Positions 59,966 through 64,000 of a DNA stretch of 64,000 bases are shown piece by piece (the stretch's first letter is position 1; the number at the start of each line of letters is the position of its first letter). The notes below the pieces were generated by a model. That model searched no databases. It saw nothing but the letters and a program-made list of their open reading frames with translations, and was not told where the DNA came from. Both the position numbers and the translations under genes were made by a program. Origin of the DNA: Dehalococcoidia bacterium (lineage in GTDB: Bacteria > Chloroflexota > Dehalococcoidia > GIF9 > AB-539-J10); NCBI GenBank assembly GCA_003552125.1, contig PUON01000154.1:21965-85964 (forward strand). Reading direction: 5' to 3'.

Positions 59966-61045
59966 ATGATCAGGGCGGCAGTCGTAGGTGCAACAGGAAT
60001 AGTGGGCCAGCAGTTCCTCGTCGCGCTTAAGAATCACCCCTGGATCGAGGTCAGGTCCCTTGCAGCCTCCGAGCGTTCGGCAGGGCAGAGCTACCGGCAG
60101 GCTATCACGGACCCCTCCTCTGGAGCCCTGCGCTGGTTCTGTGATGAACCGCCCGTGGATGAGGCCATGGAAATGCCGGTGGTCAACGCGGCGGACCTCG
60201 ACGTTGGGGATCTTGATGTCGTGTTCACCGCGATCGAATCCGATCCTGCGAAGTCCCTCGAGCCTCTGTACGCAGCCGACGTGCCGGTCATCAGCACCGC
60301 GTCCGCGTTCCGCTATGAGGATGATGTGCCGATTCTCATTCCCGGGGTGAACGCCAGCCATGCGCGCCTGCTGGAGACGCAAAGGAAGCGGCGTGGATGG
60401 AAGGGCTTCATCACGCCGATCCCCAACTGCACCACGTGCGGTCTTGCTATCACACTGAAGCCGCTGCACCAGGCCTTCGGCATCGATTCAGTCATCATGA
60501 CCTCGCTCCAGGCGATGTCAGGCGCGGGACGGAGTCCCGGTGTCATCGGCCTCGACATACTGGACAACGTCATTCCTTTCATACCGGGTGAGGAGGACAA
60601 GGTCGAAAAGGAGACCCAGAAGCTTCTCGGACAGGTGAGCGCTGATTCCATACTTCCGGCTGCCTTCAAGGTGAGCTGTACGTGCACTCGAGTCGCCGTG
60701 CTCGAGGGTCACACCGAGGCGGTGTTCGCGTCCACCCAACAGCCGTGTGATGTGGATTCAGCGGTCAAGGTTATGCGGGAATTCACCGGAGGAGACGATA
60801 TTGCGGGGCTGCCGTCTGCGCCGCAACACATGATTCTGGTAAACGATGATCCATTCCGGCCACAGCCACGACTTGACAGGGACAATGATGGTGGCATGGC
60901 CACCACGGTGGGACGTGTGCGACAGGAGTCGGTGCTTGAGAACGGCATCAAGTACGTGCTGGTCTCTCACAACACCAAGATGGGTGCGGCACGCGGCGCG
61001 GTACTTGTGGCAGAGATGCTGATGCGCGACGGCTACATCGCCTAG
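59966..61045 (+). CDS. asd: Aspartate-semialdehyde dehydrogenase, archaeal-type (a malonyl-/succinyl-CoA reductase cannot be excluded).
   Basis: AVVGATGIVGQ NADP motif. Catalytic Cys in IPNCTTCGL. GGAGG SD. Confidence 0.75.
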   Translation: MIRAAVVGATGIVGQQFLVALKNHPWIEVRSLAASERSAGQSYRQAITDPSSGALRWFCDEPPVDEAMEMPVVNAADLDVGDLDVVFTAIESDPAKSLEPLYAADVPVISTASAFRYEDDVPILIPGVNASHARLLETQRKRRGWKGFITPIPNCTTCGLAITLKPLHQAFGIDSVIMTSLQAMSGAGRSPGVIGLDILDNVIPFIPGEEDKVEKETQKLLGQVSADSILPAAFKVSCTCTRVAVLEGHTEAVFASTQQPCDVDSAVKVMREFTGGDDIAGLPSAPQHMILVNDDPFRPQPRLDRDNDGGMATTVGRVRQESVLENGIKYVLVSHNTKMGAARGAVLVAEMLMRDGYIA

Positions 61046-61052
61046 CGCCGTG

Positions 61053-62045
61053 TCAGAACTCCGCGAACTTCAGCGGCTCCATGCGTCGGCGATTCACCTC
61101 GAGGGAGAAGACGTCCGGCCGGGCATAGTGCCCCGCCACATCGAGCAATTCCTTCTCCTCAGGAATCCGGCCGAGGTCAATTTCCGCATAGATGATGGTT
61201 TCGCAGTCGTACACAGGCCCAGCCAGATAGCGGGCATCCGGACCGATTATCGCACTGCCTCCCAGGCACAGCTGCTCAGGGAAAACCTCCATTTCTTTGG
61301 CCAGGGGGAAGTCAGCGGGCAGCATAGACCTGGTAAGGTAGCTGGCAGCCGCCACAACGAAGACCTTGCCCTCGAACGCCATAGCCCGGCATGAGAGAAG
61401 AAAGGTCTCGGGAGCGCTCGGCCAGACCGCGGCGTGTACCTGTTCTCCCTGCGCGTAGAGGGTGTAGCGGGCCAGCGGCATCCAGTGCTCCCAGCAGACG
61501 AGTCCGCCGAGTCTACCGACTGAGGAGTCGAAGACCGACAGGGTCGATCCATCCCCCCTGCCCCATACCATCCGCTCGTGATACGTGGGGACGAGCTTCC
61601 GATGGGTGCCCAGAAGCGTTCCGTCGCTATCGATAAACAGCATTGAGTTGTATATCGTCCCCGTCGGCGAACGTTCGTTGATGCCCACTACGACTGTCAT
61701 CGAGTGCCTTTCCGCTGCCTCGCAGAGGCGCTCGACCGCCGGACTCGGGATCTCAACCGCATTGCGGTAAAACTGAGCGTACAGCTGTTTGGAAGGCCGA
61801 TAGTTCCAGCGCGAATCGGCATTGGTCCACACAGGGTATCCGGACACCCAGGTCTCAGGAAACACCGCCAGCTTCGCTCCAGCCGCCGCCGCCTCTGCGA
61901 TAAGGCCGCAGCCCTTCTCAACTGTCGCGTCCCTGTCCAGAAAGACCGGGGCCGCCTGAACCGCAGCTACCTTGAATGCGCCTGGCTGGTCGCGAGTTAC
62001 GGCCCCTCTGTGGGCGTTTCGTTCAGCAGACTGTTCCTGGTGTTC
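61053..62045 (-). CDS. Nitrilase / carbon-nitrogen hydrolase family protein (paralog 2).
   Basis: FKVAAVQ...LAVFPETW...GLVCWEH. The start is either ATG 62045 or the upstream ATG 62096. Confidence 0.75.
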   Translation of the reverse strand, partial: EHQEQSAERNAHRGAVTRDQPGAFKVAAVQAAPVFLDRDATVEKGCGLIAEAAAAGAKLAVFPETWVSGYPVWTNADSRWNYRPSKQLYAQFYRNAVEIPSPAVERLCEAAERHSMTVVVGINERSPTGTIYNSMLFIDSDGTLLGTHRKLVPTYHERMVWGRGDGSTLSVFDSSVGRLGGLVCWEHWMPLARYTLYAQGEQVHAAVWPSAPETFLLSCRAMAFEGKVFVVAAASYLTRSMLPADFPLAKEMEVFPEQLCLGGSAIIGPDARYLAGPVYDCETIIYAEIDLGRIPEEKELLDVAGHYARPDVFSLEVNRRRMEPLKFAEF

Positions 62046-62231
62046 CATATCCTGCGCCTTTCCATTCGGTACCCTGGTCCACCGGCTTCCGTCCACCCCG
62101 CACGTTCATGAGAGTATAGAGGTGCCACAACGAGTGGTCAATCTGAACCCGGAATGTACTCCGTTGTCCTCACCCGCCATCCGCGCGCTATAATGGCAAC
62201 GGCTTCGCACTCCCTGAGGAGCATGATTAGA

Positions 62232-62483
62232 GTGGATGATCAGGTAACCGTACAGATCAGGATTCCGCGGCAGGTACTTGCCGACGTCGAAGAACAGAGC
62301 CAGGCGCGAGGTGAGACTCTCAGCCAGTTCTTCTGCAGGGGGGCACAGACGTTGCTGCGCCGCCACAAGGAGCGACGCATGCTCGAGGAATACGTCGAGT
62401 CGCGCTCGAAGATGCCGGACCCGGCGGAAATCGAGGATGCCCGCAAAGTGCTGGAGGACGTAACCGACGAAGAGGATGCATAG
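62232..62483 (+). CDS. Ribbon-helix-helix (CopG/MetJ-like) DNA-binding protein.
   Basis: N-terminal beta-strand VTVQIRIP followed by two helices. GTG start 10 nt after GAGGAG. The start is uncertain. Confidence 0.5.
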   Translation: MDDQVTVQIRIPRQVLADVEEQSQARGETLSQFFCRGAQTLLRRHKERRMLEEYVESRSKMPDPAEIEDARKVLEDVTDEEDA

Positions 62484-62490
62484 TCAGATG

Positions 62491-64000
62491 CTAGTGGTAG
62501 AGTCGCGGGAGCAGCCGCGCGAGCACCTGCGGCAACTCTGATACCGAGTACGCCACCTCGCACTTCCCTGCACCATATAGCCCCTCCTGGGGCGCTGCTA
62601 TTGAAATCGTGAGTACATCTACACCCATTCTTCGTCCCAGTTCAAGCGCCTGGCGCACCACATATGAGTCTTTAGGATGACCGTCCGTGAAGTGTAGCAC
62701 AAGCTTGCGTTCGGCAGTCCTGCGTCGGAGCTCCAGCATCGCGGCGGCAATCGCCTCGCCGCTGGGCGTTCCTCCCTCCATCCACACTTCACGCAAGGAG
62801 AGAGGGGAGCCAGTCGACGCCAGTCTTGTCAGCCGTACCGGCGCGCCCTGTTGCAGCCCGGCGCTCGTATACGTCAATATCTCAAACCAGACGCGCGGCG
62901 CCAGCGGCCCCAGAGCCTCGGCCACCACGCATGAGGCACGATTGACTACCGGCATGTGAGAGCGCATCGACGCCGATACGTCAACGAGAAATACCAGCGC
63001 CAGAGAGCATCCCCCCCGACGATCGCGCCTCTTGAATACATGGTCCTTGCCCGCAGCTGCCTTGGTGAGGGCTCTTCCATCCAGCTTGCCCCGAGGCAGC
63101 CCGTAACGCCAGCGCGTCCGCGACTCTTCCAGTCGCGAGAACAGGTGCCTCACCGATTCTATCTCACGCGCCGTCTCGCGCAGTGCGCGTTCATGCTCGA
63201 TCGGGTCGTACCGGGCATGTCTGATCGCAGTGACGGCCGCTCGTACGCCCATCTCCCGCAGTTCTCCCGTCACAAACTGGACTTCATGGGATGATGCGCC
63301 TTCCTCCTCAGGCCAGTCGCCAGAGTGGTTAGCTGGAACAGGAGTACTGATTCCCGTCATATCCAGAAGACCCCCCGGGTCCGCCCCTCCCTGTGCGTTT
63401 CTGCGCAGTTGTCGCTGGCTCTCCAAAGTTTCTTCTTCCGCGAGAGGTCCTTCCAGCTCGTCGCACCATCTTCCCTCATGCGGCGAGGCATCGCGGGGAA
63501 GTCGGCTCAACCATTCCCACAGCTTTCCTGCCAACTCAACCCGCTTCAGTGAATCCCGCTCTTTGAGGTAAACTCTGGCACGGGTGTCGAGTTCCCCTAC
63601 CATGTCCCACACGTTTGCATCAGATTCTGCTCCCCGGGTCTCACCGTAGAGCCTCCATCCAACCCAGGCGCCCAATACCATGTTCCGTGAAGGGCACACC
63701 CCAGTATCGTTGGAACGCGCAGGATTCCGCCACGGCAGCAGCGTGCGCCGCATAGTCCGAAGGTATTCCACCAGAGTTGGTGATAGCCTCCGGAGTCTCC
63801 TTACGATGTACATCTCTTCCAGTGTATGGTGGAACCGGGCGAATTCGTTGCGACTCTCCTCATCGAGTTCCTCCCAACCCGACCATTCGGAGCTTGCTAC
63901 GGACAGCTCGCGCATGGCCGCCTGCCGAACTGCGATGCCGACGATACAATCCACCACGAGGCCCGGAATCGGTGCCGCGAATCCGCTCAGCAACCGCGGA
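62491..64000 (-). CDS. NorD/CbbO-like von Willebrand factor A domain protein; the 5' end probably lies beyond the window.
   Basis: C-terminal VWA with MIDAS LVFLVDVSASM ... LTYTSAG ... HFTDGHP. No stop between 63993 and the window end. Confidence 0.65.
   Translation of the reverse strand, partial: PRLLSGFAAPIPGLVVDCIVGIAVRQAAMRELSVASSEWSGWEELDEESRNEFARFHHTLEEMYIVRRLRRLSPTLVEYLRTMRRTLLPWRNPARSNDTGVCPSRNMVLGAWVGWRLYGETRGAESDANVWDMVGELDTRARVYLKERDSLKRVELAGKLWEWLSRLPRDASPHEGRWCDELEGPLAEEETLESQRQLRRNAQGGADPGGLLDMTGISTPVPANHSGDWPEEEGASSHEVQFVTGELREMGVRAAVTAIRHARYDPIEHERALRETAREIESVRHLFSRLEESRTRWRYGLPRGKLDGRALTKAAAGKDHVFKRRDRRGGCSLALVFLVDVSASMRSHMPVVNRASCVVAEALGPLAPRVWFEILTYTSAGLQQGAPVRLTRLASTGSPLSLREVWMEGGTPSGEAIAAAMLELRRRTAERKLVLHFTDGHPKDSYVVRQALELGRRMGVDVLTISIAAPQEGLYGAGKCEVAYSVSELPQVLARLLPRLYH

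Noticed and set aside
1-64000. Scan for CRISPR arrays, IS elements or transposases, integrases, rRNA and tRNA
   Set aside because: No spaced direct repeats, no transposase-like or integrase-like ORFs, and no rRNA or tRNA signatures were seen. The window looks like core chromosome.

Overview
High-GC (~60%) bacterial chromosomal segment with about 70 protein-coding genes on both strands and no rRNA, tRNA, CRISPR or transposase genes visible. The mix of archaeal-type enzymes (ApgM, HMG-CoA-synthase::DUF35 fusion, archaeal-type Asd, type-4 UDG, PAC2) suggests a Chloroflexota-like or other deep-branching lineage, but that placement is only inference. In order, the window holds: (1) a truncated tandem-repeat lipoprotein, an HD protein, a SagB-type nitroreductase and CutA; (2) a putative hexuronate/hexarate catabolic operon (RraA-like, an enolase-superfamily dehydratase and a split UxaA); (3) GGCT, GYD and DUF3096 proteins, ROK glucokinase and ApgM; (4) a long minus-strand block of tldD, pmbA, a PAC2-family gene, udg4, rnj and ftsK; (5) a small pair of a BldC-like HTH gene and a mini-SWIM gene; (6) folC, a pair of hot-dog dehydratase genes, pyrF, DUF951 and dinB; (7) a complete branched-chain amino-acid supraoperon ilvB-ilvN-ilvC-leuA-leuC-leuD-leuB followed by ilvE. 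Each of the two units is preceded by a Val/Ile/Leu-rich leader peptide with overlapping antiterminator and terminator hairpins, which is a classic attenuator. After that come: (8) rpsT, rel and rsmG; (9) an SDR gene, hbd, an HMG-CoA-synthase::DUF35 fusion and a thiolase gene; (10) pdxS, an R3H/SpoIIIAA-like ATPase, tmk, mnmA, rnhB, yraN and gyaR; (11) an acyl-CoA ligase, serS and lysS; (12) a DUF2007 gene, two nitrilase paralogs and speH-speE, whose promoter spacer holds a C10 homopolymer; (13) pcrA and mutL; (14) an ADP-forming acyl-CoA synthetase divergent from asd, a ribbon-helix-helix gene and a NorD/CbbO-like VWA gene running off the window end. The most interesting items are the paired leader-peptide attenuators, the translationally coupled tldD-pmbA-PAC2 module, the HMGCS::DUF35 fusion next to its thiolase, the poly-C promoter of speH, and the NorD-like VWA gene at the edge.
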